Shown: positions 1-10,098 of the stretch, one piece after another
How the letters are laid out: each line of letters opens with the position of its first letter
Numbering within the stretch: position 1 is the first letter of the stretch
Notes under the pieces: model-generated
The model's input: the letters and a program-made list of their open reading frames with translations, nothing else
Databases searched by the model: none
Told to the model about the DNA's origin: nothing
Position numbers and translations under genes: made by a program
Source: Selenomonadaceae bacterium
GTDB lineage: Bacteria > Bacillota > Negativicutes > Selenomonadales > Selenomonadaceae
Direction: 5' to 3'
NCBI GenBank assembly: GCA_051653465.1
Contig: JBOFWE010000068.1
Span: forward strand, 20,007 to 84,006
Length of the DNA: 64,000 bases

Positions 1-1442
1 TTCTCGTTTGGGGGCAAAGTTATGGACTGGATGAACTGACGGTGCGAATGGAGTTTCCCCGGTTGGGAGAAGTGCCGTTTGATTCGGAAAGAAAACTTAT
101 GAGTACGGTTCATGCCTTCGGCGATAAGGTCCTGTTAATCACCAAGGGGGCTCCGGATGTTCTTTTATCGCGACTTTCTTTTATTGCGACTTCTGCGGGT
201 GATTTACCGACAACAGAGAAAAAACTCAATGATATCCGCACGGTTATTGGCGATTTTTCAGCTAGTGGATTGCGGGTTTTAGCTGTGGGGTATAAAGAGA
301 TTTATAAGGAAACGGTCATAAATGCTGCTGCCGAAAATGGACTGACTTTTTTAGGACTTGTTTCGATGATGGATCCGCCACGGGTGGAGTCTGCAGCGGC
401 TGTGGCTGCCTGTATAAAAGCTGGCATTAAACCCGTGATGATAACGGGCGATCATAAGATAACCGCCATCGCAATTGCCAGGCAGGTGGGGATTTTTGGC
501 GAAAATGATGAGGCCCTTGCGGGCAGTGAAATTGATCTTATGCAGGATGAAGAACTTGCCCAGCATGTTGAGCATTTATCCGTATATGCAAGGGTATCGC
601 CTGAACACAAACTCAGGATTGTGAAGGCCTGGCAAAAAAAAGGTCAGTTGGTAGCCATGACAGGGGATGGCGTAAATGATGCTCCCGCGCTTAAGCAGGC
701 GGATATTGGGATTGCTATGGGGATAACCGGCACGGAGGTCGCAAAGGATTCAGCAGATATGATTCTTGCTGACGATAATTTTTCTACCATTGTTAAAGCG
801 ATTGCCAATGGACGGGCAATTTATTCAAATATCAATAAATCCATCCGATTTCTTCTTTCGGGAAATGCGGCGGGGATACTATCTGTTTTATATGCCTCCT
901 TCCTGGCGCTGCCTATCCCGTTCGCAGCAGTGCAGCTGTTGTTTATAAATCTTATCACGGATAGCTTGCCTGCTATAGCACTGGGGCTTGAACCGCATCG
1001 AGCAAATGTTATGGAGGAAAAGCCGCGCCCGGCAAATGCTTCGATTATCAACAAGCGTTTTGCCAAGGGGACTTTGGGGGAAGGCCTGCTGATCGGTACC
1101 TGTACAATGGCCGCATTTCATATCGGTTTACAAAGTGGCGACGTAAAGGCGGCAAGTACGATGGCGTTTGCTGTTTTATGTTTAGCCAGATTACTGCATT
1201 CTTTTAATTGCCGGTCCCGAGAATCGTTGTTATCTATAGGGATTTTCAAAAACATATATGTATGGATTGCTGTTATTGCCGGATATGCTTTGCTGGAAAT
1301 GGTTTTGCGGTATGGTCCACTCGCGGCAGCCTTTGAAGTCGTTCCTTTAACGCAGGCTCAATACAGGGTGCTCTACACCGCGGCTTGCATGCCACTAGTG
1401 ATTATTCAAGGGTATAGGTTCTTCTTTATAAAAAAATGTTGA
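1..1442 (+). CDS. P-type cation-transporting ATPase (Ca2+/P2-like), C-terminal part; 5' end is outside the window
   Basis: Frame is open from the window edge. Hinge motifs MTGDGVNDAPALKQADIGIAMG and VAKDSADMILADDNF, followed by several hydrophobic helices. Confidence 0.85.
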   Translation, partial: LVWGQSYGLDELTVRMEFPRLGEVPFDSERKLMSTVHAFGDKVLLITKGAPDVLLSRLSFIATSAGDLPTTEKKLNDIRTVIGDFSASGLRVLAVGYKEIYKETVINAAAENGLTFLGLVSMMDPPRVESAAAVAACIKAGIKPVMITGDHKITAIAIARQVGIFGENDEALAGSEIDLMQDEELAQHVEHLSVYARVSPEHKLRIVKAWQKKGQLVAMTGDGVNDAPALKQADIGIAMGITGTEVAKDSADMILADDNFSTIVKAIANGRAIYSNINKSIRFLLSGNAAGILSVLYASFLALPIPFAAVQLLFINLITDSLPAIALGLEPHRANVMEEKPRPANASIINKRFAKGTLGEGLLIGTCTMAAFHIGLQSGDVKAASTMAFAVLCLARLLHSFNCRSRESLLSIGIFKNIYVWIAVIAGYALLEMVLRYGPLAAAFEVVPLTQAQYRVLYTAACMPLVIIQGYRFFFIKKC

Positions 1443-1493
1443 TTTTTGGATCTTTTGTGATTGTAAATCGCTTGGGGAAAGGATGTCGTTTGG

Positions 1494-3302
1494 ATGAAAG
1501 GCGCTTGTGATCGTTCCATCAGAAATGATATACGCCGATTGTTTATACTTACGATTATGACGTGCCTATTGACAGTATGCGCCATTGTATTTTACTATTG
1601 GCGAATTTCGCTTAATGAGATGATTGTCCAGGTACAATCGGAGCTAAGTAAATCCATTCAAACAGAAATAGAAGCATTTATTGCCATTCCCATGGAGATC
1701 AATGAAAATAATCGCTATGTGCTGGAAAATGGTATTATTAATCCATATAGTCCAGAAGATCTGGCAAAGTTTTTTGGCGGCGTGATGAGCCGGGCGGATG
1801 AAACGATTTACAGCTTTAGCTTTGGTCTGCGCGATGGTTCTTACTATGGTGTGCGGCGCAATAAGGTTAACCAGCTGGAATTTATGAAAAGCGATGCTTC
1901 TACGAATGGCCGGTCTGTTTATTTTTCCCTGGATGGGAAAAGTACGGTGCGAGCAGTGACTGAGATTATGGGTTCATTTGATGTGCGTACACGGCAGTGG
2001 TATATTGCGGCGGTAGAACAAAATCATCCGATTTTTTCACCGGTGTATAAGCATTTTGTTGTCAATGACCTGGCAATTACGGCAGCATCCCCGGTTTATG
2101 GCCCGGATGGACAATTCTTGGGCGTTTTGGGAACCCACAGCATGCTGGCAAAAATGAATGAAGAACTGAAGGCAATTGTCCAAAAAAAAGGGAGTTTAGC
2201 ATATATTGTTGAGCGCGAATCGGGAAATCTGATTGCCAATACGGAGGAGCAGGCTAACTTTGCTTTTTCCGGGAGTCTGGGTGTAGATCGGGTACAAATT
2301 GCAGAGATAAAGAATCGCTTAATTCGTGAGGGTTATCAGCGTTACCTGAGTAATGGTGAAAGTGCTTTTGATGAAGACGGTGTATATGTCAATACAGTCT
2401 CTTTTCGTCAGCAAGGGCTTGACTGGCTGATTATTACCGCTGTACCAGAACCAGAATCGGTGCAGGCAATTCGCAAAAGCCTTATGATATCGATTGTGCT
2501 CTCGTTGCTCCTGGTACTGGTTGAAGGGTATATTTGGAAACGGAAAGTAGATCATTGCCTGCAGCCTGTTTCGGAACTGGTTCAGATTACCGAAAAGTTT
2601 GCTGCCGGTGATTTTTCCGTTCGGGCTGAAGTTGTCAGGAATAATGAGATCGGCAAATTGGCGGATGCGTTTAATCGCATGGCAACAGATCTCGAGCGTT
2701 TAATCAATGATCTCGAGCAGCAGGTACAGGAACGTACCCAGGCTCTGGAGGAAAAAAATACGGCTTTGTTGAAAATAAAAGCAGATTTAGAAACCGCCTT
2801 AGAGGTCGATTTTTTGACAGGTCTATATAATCGGAAATTTTTGATTGAAAAAATGGAGACCGAGATTGCTGCTTGTCAGCAAGCCGGAGCCTTTGGCGTG
2901 ATTATGGCTGATATTGATTATTTTAAAAAAATCAACGATGGTTTTGGTCATGACTGCGGCGATACGGTGCTAAAAAAACTTGCTGAGATAATGAAAACTG
3001 CCGCTGGCAATATTGCTTATGCCGGTCGCTGGGGCGGCGAAGAGTTTCTGATATTTGTGCCGCGGGTAATAGAAGACAGCACGATCGAGTTGGCAGAAAA
3101 AATCCGTCAGGCCGTAGAGGCGTGTTCTTTTCCCTGCATTAAGGGCTGTTTGTCAGTAACGCTGACGATGGGGGTTGCTGTATATAACGGACAAGAAAAT
3201 TTGGATGATCTTGTAAAAAAAGCGGATATTGCTGTATATTATGGAAAAAAAACAGGGCGCAATCGTGTATCCCTGTTTGACGAAAGCATGCGGGATCAAT
3301 AG
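1494..3302 (+). CDS. Diguanylate cyclase with Cache-like sensor, HAMP and GGDEF domains
   Basis: TM helix, large extracytoplasmic region, second TM, HAMP-like segment (EIGKLADAFNRM), coiled coil. GGDEF domain with DIDYFKKINDGFGHDCGD and RWGGEEFLIF. Confidence 0.85.
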   Translation: MKGACDRSIRNDIRRLFILTIMTCLLTVCAIVFYYWRISLNEMIVQVQSELSKSIQTEIEAFIAIPMEINENNRYVLENGIINPYSPEDLAKFFGGVMSRADETIYSFSFGLRDGSYYGVRRNKVNQLEFMKSDASTNGRSVYFSLDGKSTVRAVTEIMGSFDVRTRQWYIAAVEQNHPIFSPVYKHFVVNDLAITAASPVYGPDGQFLGVLGTHSMLAKMNEELKAIVQKKGSLAYIVERESGNLIANTEEQANFAFSGSLGVDRVQIAEIKNRLIREGYQRYLSNGESAFDEDGVYVNTVSFRQQGLDWLIITAVPEPESVQAIRKSLMISIVLSLLLVLVEGYIWKRKVDHCLQPVSELVQITEKFAAGDFSVRAEVVRNNEIGKLADAFNRMATDLERLINDLEQQVQERTQALEEKNTALLKIKADLETALEVDFLTGLYNRKFLIEKMETEIAACQQAGAFGVIMADIDYFKKINDGFGHDCGDTVLKKLAEIMKTAAGNIAYAGRWGGEEFLIFVPRVIEDSTIELAEKIRQAVEACSFPCIKGCLSVTLTMGVAVYNGQENLDDLVKKADIAVYYGKKTGRNRVSLFDESMRDQ

Positions 3303-3548
3303 AGAAAATGAGATCAATAAATTCGAATGAACACCACAAATGGATAAATGTATGAATTTTAATCCATCGGAGCGTTATCCGATGGATTAAATTCTGCTTT
3401 TGTGATAAAATTTGTAAAAAAGAGGGTTTTGGTTGAAAGTATGGAAGGATAATAAAGTGGAAGCTTGAAGGTCCGTTATTATTCCGTGGAACATCAAACA
3501 AACTGGTAAAATGAAAATTTTATAACGCAGCAAAGGAGAATCAGTAGG

Positions 3549-4106
3549 ATGATTGATGAAATACTGCAGTATAATAAGGCGTTTGTTGAAAAAAAGGGCT
3601 ATGAAACCTACATAACAAGCAAATACCCAAACAAAAAAATTGCTATTGTATCCTGTATGGATACAAGACTTACGGAGCTGCTGCCGGCAGCGTTAGGAAT
3701 GAAAAATGGTGATGCTAAGATGATTAAGAATGCCGGGGGGATTATTTCGCATCCGTTTGGCAGTGCGATGCGAAGCCTGTTGATTGGGATCTATGAGCTT
3801 GATGTACAGGAAATTCTGGTCATCGGCCACACGGATTGCGGTGCGCGTTGCATTGACAGTCAAAAAATGATTGAAAAAATGGAAGCTCGCGGAATTTCGC
3901 AGGTGAATATCGATATGATAAAATACTACGGTATCGATTTTAATGCCTGGCTTGGTGGGTTTAAGGAGCTGGATTTTTCTATCCAAAAAACCGTAGAGCT
4001 GATAAAAAAACATCCATTGGTACCAGATGATATGAAAGTATATGGACTGATCATGGATTCGGTGACCGGTGAGCTGCGAAAACTTGAGCTGGCTGAAACA
4101 GTCTGA
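3549..4106 (+). CDS. Beta-class carbonic anhydrase
   Basis: Zinc-ligand motifs CMDTRL and GHTDCG. RBS aaaggag upstream. Confidence 0.8.
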   Translation: MIDEILQYNKAFVEKKGYETYITSKYPNKKIAIVSCMDTRLTELLPAALGMKNGDAKMIKNAGGIISHPFGSAMRSLLIGIYELDVQEILVIGHTDCGARCIDSQKMIEKMEARGISQVNIDMIKYYGIDFNAWLGGFKELDFSIQKTVELIKKHPLVPDDMKVYGLIMDSVTGELRKLELAETV

Positions 4107-4156
4107 GGATTTTGCGGCGACATATATGGTGGGGAAGGCTTTAGGAGGCGCAGTAG

Positions 4157-5143
4157 ATGCATAAGAATAAACTGGTGGTAATTGGTGTAGGACATGTTGG
4201 TTCCTGTGTTTTGGCAGATGCCATGAAAACAGGGCTGTTTGCTGAAATTGGTGTAATCGATATTCTGGAAAATGTTGCTTATGGTGAGGCCTTGGATCAG
4301 GCGCAGGCAACAGCACTGCCGTATATGAATAATGTTACAGTAAAAAGTGGTGGCTATGAGCAATGTGCGGATGCTGATGTCATTATTATTGCTGCCGGAC
4401 CGAGCATTGTCCCTGACCCGGCAGACCCGAAAGGTGAACCGGACCGGACCTTGCTGACCAAGACCAATTGTCAGGTAATCCGGCAGGTCATGGGAGGCAT
4501 TGTGCAGCAGACAACAAGTGCGATTATTATTTTAATAACAAATCCGCTTGACACGATGGTATATATTGCTGAAAATGAATTTAACTATCCTGCCGGCCGT
4601 GTTTTTGGTACGGGTACGATGCTTGATTCGGCCCGATTGCGCAAGTTGATTGCCGACACATATCAGGTCGATCCTAAGTCGGTTACAGGATTTATGATGG
4701 GGGAACATGGAAGTACGGCATTTCCTGTACTGAGTCATGCCGGCGTGAGTGGGATTTCACTGCATGAGCTCGACGGCTATATAAAAGGGTCGCCTGCTAT
4801 GCATGATCCTGAGACAGTCAAGTCGCTTGTCGTCAGTTCGGCCTATGAGGTGTTCAATGGCAAAGGCTGGACCAATGCCGGTGTAGCGCAGGCTGCCATT
4901 ACTATGGCAAAAGCTGTTTTGCTCGATGAATGCAGTGTGTATCCGGCGTCTGCTACCTTGCGGGGGCAGTATGGGCATGATGGGGATGTGGCTTTGAGTA
5001 TGCCCTGTATTATTGGACGGGAAGGCATTATGAAACAGCTGCCAGTGAGTCTTAATGCGTGGGAATCACAAAAACTTGAAGACTCGATTGCCTTTATACA
5101 GGAAGCGATGAAAGATGCAAAAACCGGTCCGAAAGAGAACTGA
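4157..5143 (+). CDS. L-lactate/malate (2-hydroxyacid) dehydrogenase family protein
   Basis: Rossmann motif GVGHVGS, plus DSARL and GEHG motifs. Unusually long Pro-rich loop (AAGPSIVPDPADPKGEPDRT) where LDHs carry the substrate loop, so substrate is not assigned. Confidence 0.75.
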   Translation: MHKNKLVVIGVGHVGSCVLADAMKTGLFAEIGVIDILENVAYGEALDQAQATALPYMNNVTVKSGGYEQCADADVIIIAAGPSIVPDPADPKGEPDRTLLTKTNCQVIRQVMGGIVQQTTSAIIILITNPLDTMVYIAENEFNYPAGRVFGTGTMLDSARLRKLIADTYQVDPKSVTGFMMGEHGSTAFPVLSHAGVSGISLHELDGYIKGSPAMHDPETVKSLVVSSAYEVFNGKGWTNAGVAQAAITMAKAVLLDECSVYPASATLRGQYGHDGDVALSMPCIIGREGIMKQLPVSLNAWESQKLEDSIAFIQEAMKDAKTGPKEN

Positions 5144-5284
5144 TCGGAAGTTTCATCGAAAATAGCAAAGTGCGTTTTAGGTGATGCTTGTTTGCTCGTC
5201 CGGATTATATCCGGGCGAGCTTTTTTGCTGCTTACAGGATTTTTTATGGCAAAATTTGACTTTCAAGCCAAGGGAATGTAAGCT

Positions 5285-6634
5285 GTGAAGGAAAAGTTTT
5301 GCCCGTCAGCGGAAACGGTTTATGGATACCTGCTTTTAGAGCTGAGGGGAAACAGAGAGGGATGTTTTTGTTTGCAATATAAAGAGGAGACTTGGCTCGA
5401 GGGGATCGAGCCTGACTATATGGAAGAGTTTGTCTGTACAGGAACCTTCTGTCCGGATACCTGCTGTCAGGGCTGGGAAATCGTCATTGATGAACAGACC
5501 TGTGAACGTTATCGTAAGGTGCATGACCCGGAATTTAAGGAGATGCTGTCGCGGGCCATTGTTCATCGACAGGAGGACACAGAAAACGGGTTGCAGGATG
5601 TGGCCTGTATCCGGATGGGAAAAGGCAAGCGCTGTCTGTTTTTGTGCAATGATGGCTTGTGTATGATTCAGCGACAGACAGAGGAAGTGAATTTATCTGA
5701 GACCTGTCGTACGTACCCGCGGGTAATCTATATCTGGAATGAGGCCTATGTGGAGCGGTCCTTATGTGTATCTTGTCCGGAGGTTGCACGGCTGGTGCTT
5801 AGCCGGCAGAAGCCGCTTCAGCTGGTGACGAAAAAGATCGCGGCGACAGAGCTTGAGGGCCTGCGGATTACGGATAAGGGACAGCGGCTGCATTCGCACT
5901 GTCTGCCACTGCGCCGGCTTTTGATACGGATTCTGCAGGATCGAAAGCAGGCTTTGCCGGTCCGCCTGCGGCAGGCCAATGCTTTCTTCTGGCAGGCAGG
6001 TGCCGTGTCGGGGCATCATGGGGAAAGACGCTTTTTGCAGCTGGCAGCAGAGTATGAAGCGCAGCTGTTTGAGTCTCCGGGGGCTGAGGCACCGGGAACC
6101 GGTGAATTGACGGATGAACTCGCCCGCCGCCAGCTGATAGCAATTGGGCGCCTGCTTTTTCAGCGCAGGCAAAATCCTGCCTTGCGGGCAGTGTTTCGTG
6201 AAAATCTTGACCGGGCAATTAAGCGCTGGCAATTGGCGGCAGACGGGAGCCCATCTGAACAGGGGCTGCTTCAATATAAGGAGGACCGCGAGCTTTATCA
6301 GCTGTTTTTTTTACCCCAATATGCCTCGATGTGGGAGAATTATTTCGTGAATGAAGTGTTTAAGAATATTTTTATTACAGAAGAAAAGGAAGAATTTTAC
6401 CGGCAATGGGTGTATCTGTTGCTGCAGTTCTTTATTGCCCGGGCGCAGGTTATGGCCGCTCTGGCAGCCGCGCCTGGGGAACTGCCGGAATCCATGGTGA
6501 TTGAGATTGTGCGCCTCAATGCGCGTGAAGTCGGTCATGACAGTATGTACTTGCAGCAGGGGCTGGAATTGTTTGCGGTAAATGCTGCCGAGGAGGAGAG
6601 TCTGCAGGAATTTTGTCATTTACTGCTGCAATAA
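5285..6634 (+). CDS. Cysteine-cluster protein, FliB (flagellin lysine-N-methylase)-like / YkgJ-type
   Basis: Motif FCPDTCCQGWEIVIDEQTCERYRK (CxxxCC-W-I-ID) and later Cys pairs. Start is uncertain: GTG 5285 or ATG 5420. Confidence 0.45.
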   Translation: MKEKFCPSAETVYGYLLLELRGNREGCFCLQYKEETWLEGIEPDYMEEFVCTGTFCPDTCCQGWEIVIDEQTCERYRKVHDPEFKEMLSRAIVHRQEDTENGLQDVACIRMGKGKRCLFLCNDGLCMIQRQTEEVNLSETCRTYPRVIYIWNEAYVERSLCVSCPEVARLVLSRQKPLQLVTKKIAATELEGLRITDKGQRLHSHCLPLRRLLIRILQDRKQALPVRLRQANAFFWQAGAVSGHHGERRFLQLAAEYEAQLFESPGAEAPGTGELTDELARRQLIAIGRLLFQRRQNPALRAVFRENLDRAIKRWQLAADGSPSEQGLLQYKEDRELYQLFFLPQYASMWENYFVNEVFKNIFITEEKEEFYRQWVYLLLQFFIARAQVMAALAAAPGELPESMVIEIVRLNAREVGHDSMYLQQGLELFAVNAAEEESLQEFCHLLLQ

Positions 6635-6791
6635 GCTTCGCTGTTAGGAAAAATTCTTCCTGAAGTTTTACTTGACCTGGAGCATACTCCATATGGTAAA
6701 AAGAAGACGAAGGAAAATCGTGCTTTCAGTGAATTTTCAACTTGAACGATTAAATTGAAGGTATAGTGAGTGGAAACAGGAGGCGATACAT

Positions 6792-7916
6792 ATGCTGACA
6801 GGAATATTTTTATTGGCTTTGCTGGGAGGCAGTGTCTTGTATTATCGACAAAATCCAGCATGGAAAAATAAACCATCCGGCGAGCGGCTTAAAAAGATAC
6901 AGGAATCACCCCATTATATAGTCGGGAAGTTTCAATCGCCGGTGCCGGTGCAAACCATGGCTGAAGGTAGCAGTGGGCGTGCGCTGCGGAAATTTTTGTT
7001 TGAGGCCAGCCCGCGGCGTGTCCCCGGGGAACCCTTGCCGGTGGTAAAGACCGATCTGAAAAATCTTTCCCTTGCCGATGACCTTGTAATCTGGCTGGGG
7101 CACTCTTCTTTTTATCTGCAGCTGGGTGGACGGCGGATTCTTATTGATCCGGTGCTGAGCAGTTATGCGGCGCCGTTTTCCTTTCTGAATAAAGCTTTTG
7201 CTGCCAGCTATATCTACACGGCGGAGGATATGCCACCGATTGATTTGCTGGTTGTATCACATGATCATTGGGATCATCTGGATTATCCGACGGTTACTGC
7301 CCTGCGCAAGCAGGTAAAGGCCGTTGTCTGTCCGCTCGGCGTGGGCCAGTATTTCGAGCAATGGGGCTATTCCTCTGATGTAGTGAAGGAGGCTGACTGG
7401 TTCTCTGAGGTGTCAATCGGAAAAGATTTTTTTGTGCATGTATTGCCGACGCAGCATTTTTCCGGACGAATGCTAAAGCGCAACCAGACGCTATGGGGGG
7501 CGTTTGCTTTTGTGACGCCGGAGCGGCGCGTGTTTTACAGTGGGGATGGCGGCTACGGACCACATTTTAAGGAAATCGGGCAACAGTTTAATGGTTTTGA
7601 TCTGGCGATTATGGAAAACGGGCAATATAATTCGGACTGGGCTGCTATTCATATGATGCCGGAGGAATCTTCGCAGGCGGCAGTGGATCTTGGTGCCAGG
7701 ACCGTGCTGCCCGCGCACAGCGGGAAATTTGCCCTGAGCTTTCATGACTGGGATGACCCGTATAAGAGGATCGTTGCCGCTAGTCAGGACAAGCCCTACG
7801 AACTTTTGACCCCGGAAATGGGAGCCATTGTACGGCCTTTCGGCAGGTCACAAGATTTTTCTGCCTGGTGGGAAATGGAAAGCCTGGCCGGGGAAGTGGC
7901 AAAAGATATTTCGTAA
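6792..7916 (+). CDS. MBL-fold metallo-hydrolase with N-terminal membrane anchor
   Basis: HxHxDH motif SHDHWDH. N-terminal hydrophobic helix. RBS aggagg upstream. Confidence 0.7.
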   Translation: MLTGIFLLALLGGSVLYYRQNPAWKNKPSGERLKKIQESPHYIVGKFQSPVPVQTMAEGSSGRALRKFLFEASPRRVPGEPLPVVKTDLKNLSLADDLVIWLGHSSFYLQLGGRRILIDPVLSSYAAPFSFLNKAFAASYIYTAEDMPPIDLLVVSHDHWDHLDYPTVTALRKQVKAVVCPLGVGQYFEQWGYSSDVVKEADWFSEVSIGKDFFVHVLPTQHFSGRMLKRNQTLWGAFAFVTPERRVFYSGDGGYGPHFKEIGQQFNGFDLAIMENGQYNSDWAAIHMMPEESSQAAVDLGARTVLPAHSGKFALSFHDWDDPYKRIVAASQDKPYELLTPEMGAIVRPFGRSQDFSAWWEMESLAGEVAKDIS

Positions 7917-8078
7917 GAGCTGGAATCGTATTTTTTTAATTGCCCGAATTAAGGCTGTGGCAATTAAAATTGTAATAGTATTGTAATAATATAAAAAATG
8001 GAAATATTGGCAAAACCTATAGACATTATTGTTTCCTTGGAATACAATAATGTCAGAAAAAGAAAAGGAGCTGATATT

Positions 8079-8888
8079 TTGCAACGGAAAGAATTTCAGG
8101 AAAAATCTTTTGATGGAACCATACTGCGGGTCGTAAAGGCCGTGCCAGAGAACAGTACAGGCGTTGTGGTTGTCGTGCACGGACTGGCAGAACATCTGGG
8201 ACGGTATGAGGAACTGGCGGCGGTGCTCAATGAAAGCCAGCTGGCGGTATATCGGTTTGATCATCGCGGGCATGGCAAATCCGAAGGGCCGAGAGCGTAT
8301 TACCGGGATTTTAATGAAATTATTGAAGATGTGAATGTTGTCTTTGAATTGGCCCGGAAGGAAAATCCGGGATTGCCTGTGTTTGTGCTTGGGCACAGCA
8401 TGGGCGGGTTTGCTGCTGCCTGCTTTGGTACGAAATATCCGGACAAAGCGGCCGGAATCATTCTGTCCGGGGCACTTACCCGTGACAACCGCGAACTTTT
8501 ACAAGGCGTAGCCCCGGAGCTTTCGGTAACACAATACCTGCCAAACAGTCTGGGGAATCTGATCTGTACAGATCAGGCTGTGGTCAAGGCGTATATGGAG
8601 GATCCGCTCGTGCTGATGGAAGTCAGTGTCGGTCTGTTCCGGGCCTTACTGGCAGGAATTGAATGGCTCAAAGAGCATAAACGGCAGTTTACGGCTCCGG
8701 CACTGCTGCTTCATGGCTGCGAGGATCAGCTCGTATCTGAGCAGGATTCGCGTGAGCTCTTCGGGGATATAGCTTCAACAGATAAGGAGCTAAAAATTTA
8801 TGCAAAGCTCTATCATGAAATACTGAACGAACCACGCCACCCTGAAATTATGGCCGAGATCGTTTCGTGGATAAATAAACACCTTTAA
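8079..8888 (+). CDS. Alpha/beta hydrolase (monoacylglycerol-lipase/lysophospholipase-like)
   Basis: GHSMGG nucleophile elbow, VVVHGLAEH oxyanion region, C-terminal LYHEILNE His. The ORF opens at 7998, but TTG 8079 sits 8 nt after aaaggag. Confidence 0.8.
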   Translation: MQRKEFQEKSFDGTILRVVKAVPENSTGVVVVVHGLAEHLGRYEELAAVLNESQLAVYRFDHRGHGKSEGPRAYYRDFNEIIEDVNVVFELARKENPGLPVFVLGHSMGGFAAACFGTKYPDKAAGIILSGALTRDNRELLQGVAPELSVTQYLPNSLGNLICTDQAVVKAYMEDPLVLMEVSVGLFRALLAGIEWLKEHKRQFTAPALLLHGCEDQLVSEQDSRELFGDIASTDKELKIYAKLYHEILNEPRHPEIMAEIVSWINKHL

Positions 8889-8902
8889 AAATGGATAGAG
8901 GA

Positions 8903-8949
8903 AAAAGCATCCTGTTTATTTGTCTGGAGCAATAGCAGGATGCTTTTTT
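8903..8949 (+). terminator. Rho-independent terminator after the hydrolase gene
   Basis: aaaaagcatcctg...caggatgcttttttt stem followed by a T-run. Confidence 0.75.
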
Positions 8950-8982
8950 TGCAGGGAGCTGGTATTGTTGAAACTGGAATGG

Positions 8983-9483
8983 ATGGCCAAGCATCGTCTT
9001 TTTGTGGAAAAAATCATTAAGTATGGAAATGCCTATGCAGCGATGTATAACAAGCAGTTGAACTATCATACCGATATATTGTTTTCGGCGGCGCAGATTC
9101 AGGTTATAGAATATGTGCTGGAAAATGAAAATCAAAAAATGATTGAAATTGCCAGACGGCTGGGAATTACCCGGGGGGCTTTTTCAAAAAATGTCAAAAA
9201 GCTGATGGATAAGGGGCTGTTGGAAAAATTCCAACAGCCGGGCAATCAAAAAGATATTTATCTGCGGGTAACACCTGCCGGCGAGGTGGTGTATGAGCAG
9301 TATTCAAAATATATATACGAATCGTGTTTTAAGGAAATGTTTGAGCAGGCCGAGCAAATCCCGCCGCATTATACGAAACTGCTGACCGATATGTTTGATT
9401 ATTTTGCCGAGCGGATTATTCTGCTGGAAGAAGATATGAAAGCAGCCGATACTACAGCAGGAAAGGTTTTGGGAAAAGACTGA
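8983..9483 (+). CDS. MarR family transcriptional regulator
   Basis: Winged-helix region EIARRLGITRGAFSKNVKKLMDKGLLEK. The start is placed after the upstream terminator (ORF opens at 8920). Confidence 0.7.
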   Translation: MAKHRLFVEKIIKYGNAYAAMYNKQLNYHTDILFSAAQIQVIEYVLENENQKMIEIARRLGITRGAFSKNVKKLMDKGLLEKFQQPGNQKDIYLRVTPAGEVVYEQYSKYIYESCFKEMFEQAEQIPPHYTKLLTDMFDYFAERIILLEEDMKAADTTAGKVLGKD

Positions 9484-9621
9484 TTTGCCGTCGCTATTGC
9501 CGTTACAGCAGCGGTGGCGTTTATTCTGTGTAAGGGGTCAGGTTGTTAAGACTTGTTCTTATAGAGAATTATGGTATAATTCCAATAAACATTTAAGCTG
9601 AAAATTGGAGATGAATGAGAG

Positions 9622-10008
9622 ATGACATTTAAGAAGAAAGTCAAATATGAAAATATGTATAACTGGGCGGGGGCAGATCAGGGCAGCTGCTTTTACTGCA
9701 AGGAGGATAAAGATCTGGCCTTTAGTTTTTTTGCCGGCGTGCAGCGAGGCATCTGCCCGGATTGCCTGGCGGAGTTTGCCATCGGCAATGTCGGTGCCGA
9801 CCGGCATGTTATCGAACATTTGCTCAAGGAAGCGGAGCTCAAAAATAGAGAAGCTGTTATCGCCTGGTTTCAAGAGCACGGGGTTACCTTATCCGATCCG
9901 GAGATGGATGAAGAGTCCGGAACAATAAGCTATATTGCTGTCGATGAGGGAGAAAGTGAAGCCGAAATCCTGATCGGAGAAGACGGCAAGGTGGAAATTT
10001 CGTATTAA
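9622..10008 (+). CDS. Hypothetical small acidic protein with CxxC...CxxC pair
   Basis: ORF with RBS ggag upstream. CFYC...CPDC suggests a zinc ribbon. No family recognised. Confidence 0.45.
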   Translation: MTFKKKVKYENMYNWAGADQGSCFYCKEDKDLAFSFFAGVQRGICPDCLAEFAIGNVGADRHVIEHLLKEAELKNREAVIAWFQEHGVTLSDPEMDEESGTISYIAVDEGESEAEILIGEDGKVEISY

Positions 10009-10098
10009 GTTTTGTGAAAACTATTCTTTTTCTAGTGCGCCGGTGGTATTGGTTTATTGGTTGGGCAGAATTCATAAGGACTTGGGGATATGATATAG

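Noticed and set aside
3693-4316. 207-aa minus-strand ORF; similar long antisense ORFs occur at 5762-6274, 16553-16924, 19616-20086, 31077-31583, 42472-42843, 43925-44494 and 61247-61948.
   Set aside because: Each lies fully antisense to a gene with clear family motifs. They have no RBS and odd, low-complexity composition. These are typical shadow ORFs.
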